This document shows, piece by piece, positions 1-11,037 of a DNA stretch of 62,507 nt. The stretch covers positions 1 through 62,507 of the forward strand of contig CAISVF010000322.1 of assembly GCA_903888765.1 (NCBI GenBank). The letters run 5' to 3'. The notes beneath the pieces are model-generated. The model did not search any database and was not told the DNA's origin. It was given only the letters and a program-made list of their open reading frames with translations. The translations under genes were made by a program, and so were the position numbers. The stretch comes from an uncultured Verrucomicrobia subdivision 3 bacterium. Its GTDB lineage: Bacteria > Verrucomicrobiota > Verrucomicrobiia > Limisphaerales > UBA11358. How positions within the stretch are numbered: position 1 is the first letter of the stretch; every line of letters starts with the position of its first letter.

Positions 1-527
1 ATTTTGCTGAAGACGATTATTTATATCTGCCGGGCTCGCTAGAGCGTGGAGTTGCGTTTCTGCGGCGGCATGCGGAGGCGGATTTTCTGACGCTTTACGA
101 TCATTCAGATAACCACACAAAATTCATTCATCGAATTAAAGGTGCTGAATTTCAAGAAGATGGACATCGGTGGCATACCATCACCTCCACCTGCCTGACT
201 TTTCTAGCGCGTAAGAAATCTCTGGCTGAAACGGTTAATGTTTTTCAGACGTATGGACAGAAAAATTCAGACCTCGGCCTTTGGTTGGCGCTAACCAAAG
301 TTCGCGTCTTGAATCCATGGTCGTTTGTTCGCAGCTTGGGCGACGGAATGTTTTTTGCGGCCTCGCATGTTTTGGCCTGGCGACATGCGTGGCGACAATT
401 ACTATTTGGCAAACGGCGGACCCTCTGGGTCGCAACGCCATCGTTAGCAACACACATGGAAATTTCCGGTTTGGCACCAGGGGTGGACTGGGAAAAACTT
501 TTTAAGCCGACAGCAAAACCTGAATAA
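1..527 (+). CDS. Glycosyltransferase family 2-like protein, 5'-partial
   Basis: The frame is open from position 3 (FAEDDYLYLPG..., with an EDD DxD-like motif) and continuous with ORF 285..527. It sits among polysaccharide genes. Confidence 0.65.
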   Translation, partial: FAEDDYLYLPGSLERGVAFLRRHAEADFLTLYDHSDNHTKFIHRIKGAEFQEDGHRWHTITSTCLTFLARKKSLAETVNVFQTYGQKNSDLGLWLALTKVRVLNPWSFVRSLGDGMFFAASHVLAWRHAWRQLLFGKRRTLWVATPSLATHMEISGLAPGVDWEKLFKPTAKPE

Positions 528-545
528 TTCGATTTTTGAAGCTTC

Positions 546-1355
546 ATGAACCCGCCTAACCATAACGACTACGCCAGTTATCCCGAATCCTCCTTGCGTG
601 ACCGAATCAAGCTTGCCTACGATTGGATTCCTCCCGGCAGTATGAGGATTATGGATGGAGGCTGTGCCTTTGGCTATGGGACAAAGCATTTCCAGAAGGG
701 GAATGCCAAGGTGTGGGGCGTGGATCCGAATGCAGAATTTATCGCCATCGCGAGGAAGCGGTATCCGGGCCTCACCTTTGAAGTTTGCGGCGTTGAGCAA
801 ACCCTGTTCGCAGCGGAATATTTCGACGTGGTTATTCTCAACGATGTGCTGGAACATGTGATTGACGAGCGCAAGACCTTGAACGAGATGTTCCGCATCT
901 TAAGTCCGGGTGGCACATTCATCATCACCACGCCGCACCGGGGACTGTTTGCCTTCATGGATCCGGACAACTACACCTATCATTTGCGAACAAAAGCCCC
1001 CAGATTATACCGTTTTCTATTTCACGCCAAATATGGAAAACTGCCGCCCACGGATATTAAACCCGGCTATGATCAATTGCATCGGCACTATTCCTTAATT
1101 GATTTGAAACGGTTGCTGGAAGAATCAAATTTTAAGGGCAGATATGCCATGGAATCCGTTTTTCGCGGGGGGTTGTTCATGGGGGTGTTTGCCAGCAACT
1201 TTTTTGAACTGCTTTGCGTTCTTTTCAGTGTTAAAAGCGCAAGTCAATGGACCCGGTGGATGCAGTGGCTTGCTGATCGTGATTACTCTATTCCGTACGG
1301 TCCGCTGGCGTATAACATTGGAATACGCATTCGTAAGTTGCCATTGCCGAAGTAA
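546..1355 (+). CDS. Class I SAM-dependent methyltransferase
   Basis: Motif I MDGGCAFG, post-I GVD, FDVVILNDVLEH, and LSPGG. Confidence 0.85.
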   Translation: MNPPNHNDYASYPESSLRDRIKLAYDWIPPGSMRIMDGGCAFGYGTKHFQKGNAKVWGVDPNAEFIAIARKRYPGLTFEVCGVEQTLFAAEYFDVVILNDVLEHVIDERKTLNEMFRILSPGGTFIITTPHRGLFAFMDPDNYTYHLRTKAPRLYRFLFHAKYGKLPPTDIKPGYDQLHRHYSLIDLKRLLEESNFKGRYAMESVFRGGLFMGVFASNFFELLCVLFSVKSASQWTRWMQWLADRDYSIPYGPLAYNIGIRIRKLPLPK

Positions 1356-1418
1356 AGACCTTTAATCTTTAGCGTCGATTAAACGGCGGTGATTCCAGTC
1401 GGTAAAATGGTGCCGGGG

Positions 1419-2078
1419 TTAGCTGCCAATAGATTTTACGCATAGAATTGCCGCCGCATCTGCCGGATGGCGATTGCTCCATAGACACTGCCCCATCAGG
1501 GAAACAATTCCCCAAATAGCAGTGGGCCGGCGCTTTAGGGCATGATATTCACCGCGCAAACTTTTAGGTCCCAGCAGGCCCATGACGCGGTATCCCCGCT
1601 GTTCCATTTCTGAAGACTCCCAGCCGGAAAGATGTTCTTGCAAATCGTCATTGCTGGTATGGCGCTGCGGTAAAAAACCACTTGGAGTAAAAAAAACGAC
1701 CCTCTTTTTGGCGATTCGTTCCATGTCTGCTATCAGCTTTAGCCCATCCGGCTTCGTAAGATGTTCGATGACATCCAGCGCCACGCACGCATCAAATTGC
1801 TTTGGCTGAAATTGGCTGGAAAGGTCGCTCACATCACATTGAATCACCTGGTCATGAGTTTTTTGGCGCTTCGCCGCTTCCACTGAAGGAGCGTAACCGT
1901 CGGCTCCAACGGTGTGTGATATTCCCAACTGGCGCATGGTGTTCGACACCCCACAGCCTATGTCCAAAACATTTTCGCAATCCAGCAGGGCTTTGCGCAA
2001 AGCAAGTTTGACTAAAATACGGTTTGGATCATGCCCTTCCCGGATCAAGGCTGTCATTAGTTCAATTGGGCTTCTCAT
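1419..2078 (-). CDS. Class I SAM-dependent methyltransferase
   Basis: VLDIGCG and FDACVALDVIEHL motifs. Confidence 0.85.
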   Translation of the reverse strand: MRSPIELMTALIREGHDPNRILVKLALRKALLDCENVLDIGCGVSNTMRQLGISHTVGADGYAPSVEAAKRQKTHDQVIQCDVSDLSSQFQPKQFDACVALDVIEHLTKPDGLKLIADMERIAKKRVVFFTPSGFLPQRHTSNDDLQEHLSGWESSEMEQRGYRVMGLLGPKSLRGEYHALKRRPTAIWGIVSLMGQCLWSNRHPADAAAILCVKSIGS

Positions 2079-2109
2079 GGGTCGTAACTCAAATTACCGG
2101 ACGTGGCGG

Positions 2110-3126
2110 TCAGTTGGGTATTTCTAATTTGGCCCAGGACGCCGGCAGATTTTTTCTGACTTCAATTCCCTTGAACGCCTGCCCCTGCCGCGCACCCGTT
2201 TTTTTGGCCCAGACAGCCATTTGGTTTACCCCGGTCTCCAACGAAACATTTTTAATCAGGTCGCCGAAAACTTTATGGGCTTTTTCGTGGGCGGAGTAGG
2301 CGTGAACCACTTCATTACGGGCCTCCAGATGGTTGATCTGCGGCGGCACTCCCATCGCCTTCGCGACCACCTTGGCCAACTCGGCTACCGAATAGGGCTG
2401 GTCTGCCCCCACGTTGAATACCTGGTTGTAACTGGCTGGCCGTTCAATGCTGGCGGCGATGACTGGAGCCACATCGTCAATGTAACTAAAGGCCCGAGTT
2501 TGCGTGCCGTCGCCAAAAATCGTCATCGGCTGCCCCTGCATGATCTGGTTCATGAAAATCCCAATGACATTCCGGTAACGATCTCCCAGATTCTGGTTGG
2601 CGCCATAAACGTTATGCGGACGGAAAATGACATGATTTAGCCCGAATATCTCGTGGGCTTCTTTGAGATCAAGCTCTACGGCGTATTTGGCAATGCCGTA
2701 GGGGTCTTCGGGTTGCGGGACGGTGTCTTCGGTCATCGGAAGCTGATTGCGGCCATACACGGCAATCGACGAAGTGAAGACAAAGCATTTAACCGTGCCG
2801 GTATTGACAGCGGCGTTGATCAGGTTGACGCTGCCTAGGAGATTATTCGTGTAATTAAACCGTTTGATGAAATGGCTCAGGCCTTCCGCCGCATAGGCGG
2901 CCAGATGAAAAACATATTCAAAGCGGTGCTCGGCAAAAAGTCGATTGACCAGGTCAACATCGTTGATGGAACCCCGGACAAACTCTACGCCCGCCGGTAC
3001 ATGATCCTCAAAACCTCCGCTTAGATCATCCAAAGCGACAACCCGCATTCCTCGCTTCAACAAATGCGAGGCCACATGCGAGCCAATGAAACCCGCAGCA
3101 CCAGTTACCAAAACTCGTGAATTCAT
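2110..3126 (-). CDS. NAD-dependent epimerase/dehydratase (UDP-glucose 4-epimerase-like extended SDR)
   Basis: TGAAGFIG Rossmann motif, YGIAK (YxxxK), FTSS, NVYG and GDGTQTRAFSY. Confidence 0.9.
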   Translation of the reverse strand: MNSRVLVTGAAGFIGSHVASHLLKRGMRVVALDDLSGGFEDHVPAGVEFVRGSINDVDLVNRLFAEHRFEYVFHLAAYAAEGLSHFIKRFNYTNNLLGSVNLINAAVNTGTVKCFVFTSSIAVYGRNQLPMTEDTVPQPEDPYGIAKYAVELDLKEAHEIFGLNHVIFRPHNVYGANQNLGDRYRNVIGIFMNQIMQGQPMTIFGDGTQTRAFSYIDDVAPVIAASIERPASYNQVFNVGADQPYSVAELAKVVAKAMGVPPQINHLEARNEVVHAYSAHEKAHKVFGDLIKNVSLETGVNQMAVWAKKTGARQGQAFKGIEVRKNLPASWAKLEIPN

Positions 3127-3245
3127 AGAGCAATTCTAGCGGGGTTCGAGCCGCCATGTCGAGATTTGAAAAGATTCAGCAACGGTCTGCGTGCCCCTCT
3201 GGCTCAGGGTGCGCTGCCTGATAAAATATTCGTCTAAATGAAGCT

Positions 3246-3320
3246 TGGTAGCGCGCACGGGAATCGAACCCGTCTTTCAGCCTTGAGAGGGCCGTGTCCT
3301 AACCGATAGACGAGCACGCC
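3246..3320 (-). tRNA. tRNA-Glu(CTC)
   Basis: Minus strand reads GGCGUGCUCGUCUAUCGGUUAGGACACGGCC-CUCUCAA-GGCUGAAAGACGGGUUCGAUUCCCGUGCGCGCUACCA, a full cloverleaf with encoded CCA. Confidence 0.95.
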
Positions 3321-3419
3321 ACGAATGGAAATCCTATCTGGCGCAGCCACGATGTCAATGCGCAGGTGGTCAATGAGCAAACAAAATAATTTTTTATGAT
3401 CCTTTAGATTACTTGGTGA

Positions 3420-4445
3420 ACCTTGGTCTGTGAACTCCGGCCCACGTTCATACGCCACCGCATCTTCCTCGGGTTCGCCGTCGCCTTGGCAGCCACCTTC
3501 ACCCGCTGCGGTCTGCGCGTCGTCATCAGCCTCTTACGCACCTTGGGCTTGCGCCAGGCCAACTATGATCGGCTGCTGGACTTTTTCCACAGCTGGTCCT
3601 GAACCAAGCTGCGCACACACGGCTCTGGATCGCACTCATGTTTAAATCTCTGCTACCTTTCCTGCTGATTGTCAAAAGACATATCGCCCTATTGGCCGAT
3701 GGCATCAAAGCTGCCAAAACAGGAAAAGAGATGCTCGGCGTCAAAAAGCTGTATCGGGAGTCCCAGAACAACTCCAAGTCCGAATTCATCTTCGGCCATT
3801 CCGGTCAGGCTATCGCCGTCGTTGTCAAGGTGGCTGACGCCTATTTATTGTTGGCCGGATTTATTCTGCCTTTGCTCCAATCCGACCACCAGCTTGTCAC
3901 CTCTCCCAAATCCAACACCGTTGCCTATGCGGCCCCGGAAAAAACCAATGCCGACGCAGGAGCCGACCAAGGTGCTACGGTCCCAAAGTGAAGCTCAAAC
4001 ACTTGTTCGAGGATGAAAGTCGGTTTGTGTCCACCGCCAGCCCCATATATGGCGAGCGCAACGTCACGCTCCGCTACCAAGTGCGGGATCTTTTGCGGAA
4101 ATCGTTTGGCCTTCGGGTTCGATTCATCCTCGTCATCCATCCGCTGCGGGGCGTAAAATACTGCTTTGCACCGATCTGGCTTTCTCGGCGCTCCAGATTA
4201 TTTAACTCTACGGTGTGCGCTTCAAAATTGAAGTGGCCTTCAAGCAAGCCGTCCACACCATTGGAACCTATAGGTATCAACTCTGGATGCAAGCCGCGAA
4301 ACCACGGCCTTGCCGTTCCGGCGACCAGTATCTGCACAGGGAGTCCCACCTGTATCGGGATCAGCTCCGCCGCAAACTCGCCGCCTATCATTGTCACATG
4401 CAACTGGGCATCATCGCCCAAGGCCAGCTCCAGTGCCTGCCCAGC
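3420..4445 (+). pseudogene. Degraded IS701-like DDE transposase (fragments in several frames)
   Basis: Fragments DGIKAAKTGKEMLGVKKLYRESQNNSKSEFIFGHS, VADAY, RFILVIHP and RFKIEVAFKQAVHTIG...YQLWM resemble IS701/IS4-type transposases. They are broken by frameshifts and deletions. Boundaries are approximate. Confidence 0.65.
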
Positions 4446-4489
4446 CTTGACTTTAACCGACCAGTCAGCGCGCTCTGCCGAGCGCACAT

Positions 4490-4519
4490 AAAAAAACCCG
4501 CCGGCACTGGCCAGCGGGT
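4490..4519 (-). terminator. Rho-independent terminator of rplM-rpsI
   Basis: ACCCGCUGGC-CAGU-GCCGGCGGGU followed by a U-run, just downstream of the rpsI stop. Confidence 0.85.
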
Positions 4520-4538
4520 GGTAAAACTTGGGCGAGAA

Positions 4539-4940
4539 TCAACGCTTCGAGAACTGGAAGCGTTTTCGCGCGCCGGGTTGGCCGTACTTTTTCCGTTCGC
4601 GTTCGCGCGGGTCGCGGGTAAGAAAGCCTTCCGCTTTCAGCGCCGGACGCAGGGTGGCGTCAAACTTAAGCAACGCCCGGGCGATGCCATGGCGCGTGGC
4701 TCCGGCTTGACCCACCGGCCCGCCGCCGACCACATTGACTCGCACATCCAGCTTATCGGCCGTGCCGGTGAGGCTGAGCGGCTGGGATACGGTGGCGCGC
4801 TGGGTATCCAGCGGAAAATAAACTTCAAAGGCGCGGCCATTGACGGTGATCTTGCCACTGCCGGTTGCCAGCCGGACGCGGGCGATAGACGTCTTGCGAC
4901 GGCCAGTGCCAAGGAATTCGTTGGTGATTGTGGTAGCCAT
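4539..4940 (-). CDS. rpsI: 30S ribosomal protein S9
   Basis: [16 protein letters not shown] and [22 protein letters not shown] at 4940 is chosen as the start. Confidence 0.97.
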   Translation of the reverse strand: MATTITNEFLGTGRRKTSIARVRLATGSGKITVNGRAFEVYFPLDTQRATVSQPLSLTGTADKLDVRVNVVGGGPVGQAGATRHGIARALLKFDATLRPALKAEGFLTRDPRERERKKYGQPGARKRFQFSKR

Positions 4941-4948
4941 ACGATAAA

Positions 4949-5383
4949 TCAATTAGCGGCTTTGAGCACAGCCGGCGTCTGGGCCTGATGATCGTGCTTC
5001 GGGCCTTTGAATACTTTCAATTTGGTGAGCAAAACGCGCCCGAGCCGGTTTTTGGGAATCATGCCTTTTACGGCGCGTTCAATGATCAGTTCCGGGTGCT
5101 TGGCACGCAGATCCTGAACGGTGGCATATTTTTCGCCACCTTTCCAGCCGGAATAGGTCATATATTCCTTATCGGTCTCTTTTTTGCCGGTGACACGTAC
5201 TTTCTCCGCGTTGACAACGATGACAAAATCACCGGCGTCGAGGTGAGACGTATAGACAGGCTTGTTTTTCCCGCGCAAAATATCAGCCACCTGCACGGCC
5301 AACCGGCCAAGCACGGCGCCATCGGCATCAATGACATGCCACTTGCGCTGGTCCAAATTCACTTTCGGCAAATGCGTTTTCAT
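4949..5383 (-). CDS. rplM: 50S ribosomal protein L13
   Basis: [33 protein letters not shown] and VKGMIPKN. It lies upstream of rpsI. Confidence 0.97.
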   Translation of the reverse strand: MKTHLPKVNLDQRKWHVIDADGAVLGRLAVQVADILRGKNKPVYTSHLDAGDFVIVVNAEKVRVTGKKETDKEYMTYSGWKGGEKYATVQDLRAKHPELIIERAVKGMIPKNRLGRVLLTKLKVFKGPKHDHQAQTPAVLKAAN

Positions 5384-5711
5384 CTAAATTCCAAACAAAG
5401 GGACGTGGAAACTATCAAATCAACTGGTGAAGTCAATACGAGATTTAATTTTATTTGACACTAATCGCGGCCGGTGTGTGCGGCTCCGGATTTACCCAAC
5501 CCATCCGGGTCGGCCAGCCGCCAGCCAACATCGTTTAGATTGATTCTACCGGTGTTTTTTTCGATTCAAGCATTTACGGGAGAAGCGGTTATGCTGTCGG
5601 TATGAGAAAAATGTTGCGGACGGGTGTGGTAATTATGGCTTGCCTTATCGCCGCCACGGATTTCCAATGGTTATACATAATAAAAGCCGCCCAATCTGAA
5701 AGGTAAACTTT

Positions 5712-8700
5712 ATGGAATTTCTATTTGGCATTTTGACGCTGGCCATCGCCTCCGTGGCTCTTATCCGCTCCCGCCGGGCCATCGAAGCCGGGGAAAAACT
5801 CGCCGAACGGCAGCGGGAATTGGAACTCGAAGTTTACGCCCTGCGAAAAAACCACCGCGAACCTTCAGCCAAAGACCACGTTTCGGAAGCAGATACTCAA
5901 CCTTTCAAACCCGCCATTCTGCCTCCCATAAAAGGTGAGGGTGAAGCCGGGACCATCCTGCCACCGCCGCCGGAAATCCCTCCGGAGCATCGCTGGACAG
6001 TGCCGGTTATCCAGCCGCCAACACCAGCAGAACCCATCGCCACACAGAGCGATCCGGATTTTTCCTTTGCTCCCCCGCCTGCCATTGCCCCCCCGCCGCT
6101 TCCCGCTTTTGCGGTGATCAGCGAAACGCCGGACGCCGCACCCGCAATCGAGGCGGCCGATAACCTGCCACCTATCACCGCCAGTGCAGGATACGAGCCA
6201 CTGCCGGAGGCGGATAAGGCCTCGTTCGAAATGCGCCTGGGAACTTTTTGGCTGGTGCGCATCGGCATCGTAATGCTGCTGACGGGATTGGTCTTCTTTG
6301 GAAATTTTGCCTACCACAACATCGTGGGCAAGCTGGGTCCCGGCGGAAAAATTTCCCTGCTTTACCTGGCCAGTGGACTGCTGCTGGGCGCTGGTGCCTG
6401 GTGGCAGCGGCGCACGGCCAAGGCATCATTAAAGAACTACGCGCAGGTGATTTTTGCCGGCGGGCTGGCGGCGGTTTATTTTACCACCTACGCCGCGTAC
6501 CACATACCGCCACTGCAAGTCATCCGCAGCGCGGTGATGGATGGCGTCCTGCTGCTTGCCTGGGCCGGGGTGATTGCCTGGCTGGCCGACCGCCGCAAAT
6601 CCGAGGTGATGGCCCTGTTTGCCGTGGGCCTCGCCTTTTACAGTTCCATAATGACGCGGGTTGGTGATTTTACGTTGTACTCCAATCTGGTGTTGACCAT
6701 CACCGCCGTGGTGTTCCTGCTCCGCAATCGTTGGGCCAGCTTATCGTTCGCCGGCCTGGTAACCAGCTACGCCGGCTATGCGTTCTGGCGATTCTTGCGG
6801 GAGGAGGGCTGGCGCTGGGCCGCTCCCGACGAACATCTCTATTTCGGCGCATCTTTCCTGGCCTGCTATTGGGCCATCTTTACCGTGGCAGCGTTTCTTT
6901 CCCGTTGTGAAAAACTGAGCGGGGCCAGCCGCGCGACTTTTTTAACCCTTAACAACGGCGCGTTCTTCTCGCTGTTTCTCCTGACCATGTTGCAGGTGCA
7001 TACCGGGGGGTTCTGGAAAGTCAGTCTGGGCTATGGCGTGCTTTTGCTCGCGCTCGCCGGCCTGGCCAAAAAGCAGCTCGCGGATGAACCCCTCGCCAAA
7101 AATGCCTATCTTACCCAGGGCTTGCTGCTGGTCACGCTGGGCTTTATCACCAAGTTCGCCGGGTTTCATCTGGCGCTGGTGCTGGGGGCGGAAAGCGTCG
7201 TGCTGTTTGTTTTGGGCACCCAACGGCAAAGCCTGGTGCTCAAGTTTTTTTCCTATGCCGCCGCCTTGCTTGCCACCGGTTGGTGTGTGATCAGTTTGCA
7301 TCCGCTTGATCCCTCTGGTGGCTGGGCCGGAGTGGGTCTGGGCGGATTGCTGGCCTTTAACGCCTTCTGGGGGTACCGGCAGGAAACCAAAACCGATCCC
7401 GCCAGCGGTCGTCTGGAAAGCTCCACCTTCACGCTGCTGGCCTTCGTCGTCTGGACGGTGGCCACGTGGTTCAACACCGCCGAGCCGCACCTGGCCGTGG
7501 CGCTGGTGCTTGGCGTGGAAAGCGTGGTTTTCTTCAATCTGGTGGCCGCGCGCCGGGTGCTTGCCCCCAAAATAGCGTCGTATGCCAGCGCTGCGTGCGC
7601 GGTGGTGTGGTGGGTCGCGAACCTGCATCCGTTTATAGCTAACGGGCTTTGGCCCGGCCTGGGTCTGGGAACCCTCCTGCTGGTTAACGCTTTTTATGCC
7701 CACCGCGAGCAGGTGGCTGATTCCGCCCCCATCCGGGTTGAACCGGGCGTGTTCACGGTGCTGGCGCTGGTGAGTTGGGCGGCGACCACGTGGTGCAACT
7801 GTACCGCCGAACATCTACCGCTGGTACTGGCCGCCGAGGCGGTCGCACTAACCTTTTCGATTTATCTGCTGCGCATCCGGGAGGTGGCTTTATTCGGACA
7901 ATTTTTTCTGATCGGGGCGCTCCTCACCTGGCTGTTTCATTACCTCAACACCACGCCGCCCTGGTGGAATCCCCTCCTGCTGATTGCGGTGGCCATAGGC
8001 TTGGGGCATTGGTGGCAAAAGCAAAAAACTCTGGTGGTGGAGGAAAACTTTAATCTCGGCTGCCAGGCCCTGTTTGCGCTGGCCGCCGTTGGCGTGATGT
8101 TCGTGTGGCTGCATCCGCTGTTTTCCCCACCTTCGTGGCTCGCCTTGACGAGCCTGCTGGCCGTGATCGCAGTAGGGTACGGTCTGGTCACCCGCGCGTG
8201 GCCGCTCGTGGTCGTCGGCCAGATTTTTCTGGCCGTCAGCGCCTGGGAATTTATCGTGCAGGTGTGGGGCCAGCGCCCGGTTTGGTTCTTTCCACTCGCG
8301 CCGATCCTGGTGCTGGCAATCTTTTCGCTAGCCACCGTTCGCTGGCTGGGCCGCCGGCCGGAGTCCTTGGATAAAGAGCGCGCCCCGCTATTACAGATTG
8401 CCCGGGCTTATCGTTGGGCCGCCTTGGCCATGTCGCTGTGCTGGCTCTGGCAATATATTCCCGAGCGACAGCATGTGGCGGGTTTCATGATTGTCGCAGC
8501 CGTTATGGCTGGCATCGCAGTCTGGCAACGCAACCGCGAAGCCCTGGCGGGCGCGGCGGTTTATGCCGGGATTTCCCTGCTCGCGCTTTGGGCGCGGGAA
8601 GATTTTATCATGGACGTCTATTGGCTCAATCTGGTGTCCGTGCTCCTGGTGTTGCTCACCCAACGGCTGCTGCGCCGCAGTATGGATCGGCTGCCGGTGG

Positions 8701-9041
8701 ATGAATCCGTGCATGGCGCTCTGGTGCTGGCCGGCGGGGTGAGTTTGTGGCGGTTAGCCTCCTGCTGGGCGGCAACGTTTACCGGAGGATTTTTCATCAC
8801 GATGATCTGGGCCGGTCTGGCCCTGCTGGTGTTTGCTGCCGGAATGCTGCTGCGGGAACGCTTTCACCGCTGGCTCGGCCTCGGCATTCTAGCGACGGCG
8901 ATCGGACGCGTGGTGCTCGTGGACGTATGGAAACAAGAGACGATCTGGCGGGTGCTTACCTTCATGGCCCTAGGCCTTGCGCTGCTCGTGATCGGCTTTG
9001 TCTATAACAAATACCAGGATACTATCCGCAAATGGCTTTAA
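5712..9041 (+). CDS. DUF2339-family large polytopic membrane protein
   Basis: N-terminal TM helix, a Pro-rich linker, FEMRLGTFWLVRIG, many TM helices and a C-terminal RVLTFMALGLALLVIGFVY typical of DUF2339. Confidence 0.8.
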   Translation: MEFLFGILTLAIASVALIRSRRAIEAGEKLAERQRELELEVYALRKNHREPSAKDHVSEADTQPFKPAILPPIKGEGEAGTILPPPPEIPPEHRWTVPVIQPPTPAEPIATQSDPDFSFAPPPAIAPPPLPAFAVISETPDAAPAIEAADNLPPITASAGYEPLPEADKASFEMRLGTFWLVRIGIVMLLTGLVFFGNFAYHNIVGKLGPGGKISLLYLASGLLLGAGAWWQRRTAKASLKNYAQVIFAGGLAAVYFTTYAAYHIPPLQVIRSAVMDGVLLLAWAGVIAWLADRRKSEVMALFAVGLAFYSSIMTRVGDFTLYSNLVLTITAVVFLLRNRWASLSFAGLVTSYAGYAFWRFLREEGWRWAAPDEHLYFGASFLACYWAIFTVAAFLSRCEKLSGASRATFLTLNNGAFFSLFLLTMLQVHTGGFWKVSLGYGVLLLALAGLAKKQLADEPLAKNAYLTQGLLLVTLGFITKFAGFHLALVLGAESVVLFVLGTQRQSLVLKFFSYAAALLATGWCVISLHPLDPSGGWAGVGLGGLLAFNAFWGYRQETKTDPASGRLESSTFTLLAFVVWTVATWFNTAEPHLAVALVLGVESVVFFNLVAARRVLAPKIASYASAACAVVWWVANLHPFIANGLWPGLGLGTLLLVNAFYAHREQVADSAPIRVEPGVFTVLALVSWAATTWCNCTAEHLPLVLAAEAVALTFSIYLLRIREVALFGQFFLIGALLTWLFHYLNTTPPWWNPLLLIAVAIGLGHWWQKQKTLVVEENFNLGCQALFALAAVGVMFVWLHPLFSPPSWLALTSLLAVIAVGYGLVTRAWPLVVVGQIFLAVSAWEFIVQVWGQRPVWFFPLAPILVLAIFSLATVRWLGRRPESLDKERAPLLQIARAYRWAALAMSLCWLWQYIPERQHVAGFMIVAAVMAGIAVWQRNREALAGAAVYAGISLLALWAREDFIMDVYWLNLVSVLLVLLTQRLLRRSMDRLPVDESVHGALVLAGGVSLWRLASCWAATFTGGFFITMIWAGLALLVFAAGMLLRERFHRWLGLGILATAIGRVVLVDVWKQETIWRVLTFMALGLALLVIGFVYNKYQDTIRKWL

Positions 9042-9262
9042 TAGCCGCCAACTGACCAACCGGCCGCACGACCTGCCAGCGAGCCGGTGGTAAAATTCTG
9101 ATAGGCACAAAAGACTGACTGGCAAGGCGCAGGTTTGAATGCCATGACTGCTATGCGCGCGCTGGCATGGGCAGATCAGGGCTCATCCCGACAGGAGTTG
9201 GCAAGTCAAACCGAGCTGAAATTAGGTGTGCCAAACAATGCTTGAAAACTGGTTGAATCACA

Positions 9263-9319
9263 TTAAAACCCCCTGAAATGCGCGGTTTTTGAGTGCGAAT
9301 CCCACCTCTTCCACCAATC
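9263..9319 (+). repeat. Imperfect direct repeat, copy 1 (tRNA-3'-end-like, att-like)
   Basis: ggtttttgagtgcgaatcccacctcttccaccaatc matches 16152-16187 at 32 of 36 positions. It ends like a tRNA T-arm plus acceptor-CCA. Confidence 0.7.
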
Positions 9320-9501
9320 GATTTCATTGGGAAGTCGAAAGCTTTTCGGGATAAAAAAGTCACAAACCAAGGTCGCCTGCCCATCCCCTCAAGCCCTCTC
9401 ATTTAATACCATCGACACGGGTGGGAGATAGTGGCGCGAGGGTAAAGGGTGGATAAGGCTTGGCGTGACATCATTTGCAGGCAATCCAACAATGGCGACT
9501 A

Positions 9502-11013
9502 TCACGCCGCCCCTTTCAAACTGTCGTCCGAATCCTTGATCACAAACCGGGCGCGCAGGCGCGCCACTTCGCTGGCCAGGCCGGCGAGCCGCACAGACTT
9601 CAACACTTCGTTGAAATCCTTGTAAGCCGCCGGCGCTTCATCCTTCGGATACGTGCGGCAGTTCGTCAAAATGTCGTGTACCACAAATTCATCGTCCACC
9701 GTCTTCTGATCCAAATCCCGAATCGCCGCCTTGCGCCCCTTCGCGCGGCCCGCACCATGGTTAACGCTGTAACAGCTTTTGTCCGCGCCCGGGTCAGCAA
9801 CCATCACGCAGGAACCCGCCGTCGGATTGCCGGGCAACAGAATCGGATGACCGGTCTCGTAAAACGGCGTGTTTTTGAGCGCGAAGTGATTCGCCGGGAA
9901 GGCACGGGTGGCACCCTTGCGATGCACCCAGGCTTCCTGATTGTTCACGATTTCGCGGCGGGCAATGTTGTGGCTGATGCAATACACGAGCTGGCCGCGC
10001 GTGCCGGGAATGATTTCCTGGAACGCTTCGAGCACGAGCTGGTTGATGAGCAGGTGGTTCACGGTCGCGAAGTTCGCGCCGAGCGACATGTCGTCAATAT
10101 AATCATCCGCCTCCTGCGTGCCGAGCGGCGCGTAAACCAACTCGCGGTCGTTGCCCGGCAACGGAATGTTCCAGGTCGCAAATTTGTTCTGCAACGCCTG
10201 GAACTGACCTTGGGCCAACGCGTAACCAAAGCCGCGCGAACCGCAGTGTGATAAAAATGCCACACACCCATCGCGCAAACCGAAGACCTCAGCCGCGCGC
10301 CGAGCGCGGTCGTTATCGGCAATCTGCACGGCTTCGCATTCACCAAAATGATTGCCACCGCCATAAGAACCAAGCTGGCGAATTTTGTCCTCAAACTTCG
10401 GGAATTTGCCGGTGCGGATGAGCAAGTCGAGCCGCGCGGCAAGATCGTCGCGCTGATTGCTGTGGCCGACGTGGAACGCGTCTTCGCAATGCGCCGCCCA
10501 CTCCGGCGGAATGCCAAGGTCTTGGCAGACGGCCACAGAGGCTCCTTCAATCGCCACACGGCGGCCGACCTCGCCATTCACGTTGCGACCTTTCTTTACA
10601 TTGCGCTGACCTTTGCCGGCTCCGGTCGGAGTACGTTCGACGATGGCGTTGATGAGTGCGCGGCGAACAGTTTTGTCCGCCACCGCGTCCGCCGGCACAT
10701 CAAGCTGGAGCAAGCTCATGGAGCATTTGATGTCCACGCCGACGGGGCCGGGATAAATGTGTGTCGGCGAAACGAGCACGCAGCCGACGGGTGCGCCGTA
10801 GCCGCAATGCGCGTCAGGATTGAGCACGAGGTCGGTAACGCCCGGCGCACCGCGCGAATTGAGGGCCTGCTCGATGCACTTCGCATCAAACGTCTCGCGG
10901 ATGGCGGCGGTGCCGATCACCGTGATCGGCTTGCCCTGATGGCCCGGCGCGGGAATGAAGCCGGTGGCTTCGCCCGTGGGCTGGATCACCGGCACTGCGG
11001 TTTCTGTGTTCAT
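9502..11013 (-). CDS. rtcB: RNA-splicing/repair ligase RtcB
   Basis: PDAH, GVDIKC, LGSYGGGNHF, HCGSRGFG, SHN, HRKGATRAF, HGAGR and DEAPAAYK. The start is ATG 11013 (MNTETAV), because the longer ORF overlaps an ncRNA. Confidence 0.95.
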   Translation of the reverse strand: MNTETAVPVIQPTGEATGFIPAPGHQGKPITVIGTAAIRETFDAKCIEQALNSRGAPGVTDLVLNPDAHCGYGAPVGCVLVSPTHIYPGPVGVDIKCSMSLLQLDVPADAVADKTVRRALINAIVERTPTGAGKGQRNVKKGRNVNGEVGRRVAIEGASVAVCQDLGIPPEWAAHCEDAFHVGHSNQRDDLAARLDLLIRTGKFPKFEDKIRQLGSYGGGNHFGECEAVQIADNDRARRAAEVFGLRDGCVAFLSHCGSRGFGYALAQGQFQALQNKFATWNIPLPGNDRELVYAPLGTQEADDYIDDMSLGANFATVNHLLINQLVLEAFQEIIPGTRGQLVYCISHNIARREIVNNQEAWVHRKGATRAFPANHFALKNTPFYETGHPILLPGNPTAGSCVMVADPGADKSCYSVNHGAGRAKGRKAAIRDLDQKTVDDEFVVHDILTNCRTYPKDEAPAAYKDFNEVLKSVRLAGLASEVARLRARFVIKDSDDSLKGAA

Positions 11014-11037
11014 AGTTTTATTCTTTTGTCCAAGTGA

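Noticed and set aside
9291-9316. Intact tRNA genes at the two att-like repeats (also 16159-16184)
   Set aside because: Only a degenerate T-loop and acceptor 3' strand is present, with no D-arm or anticodon arm upstream.
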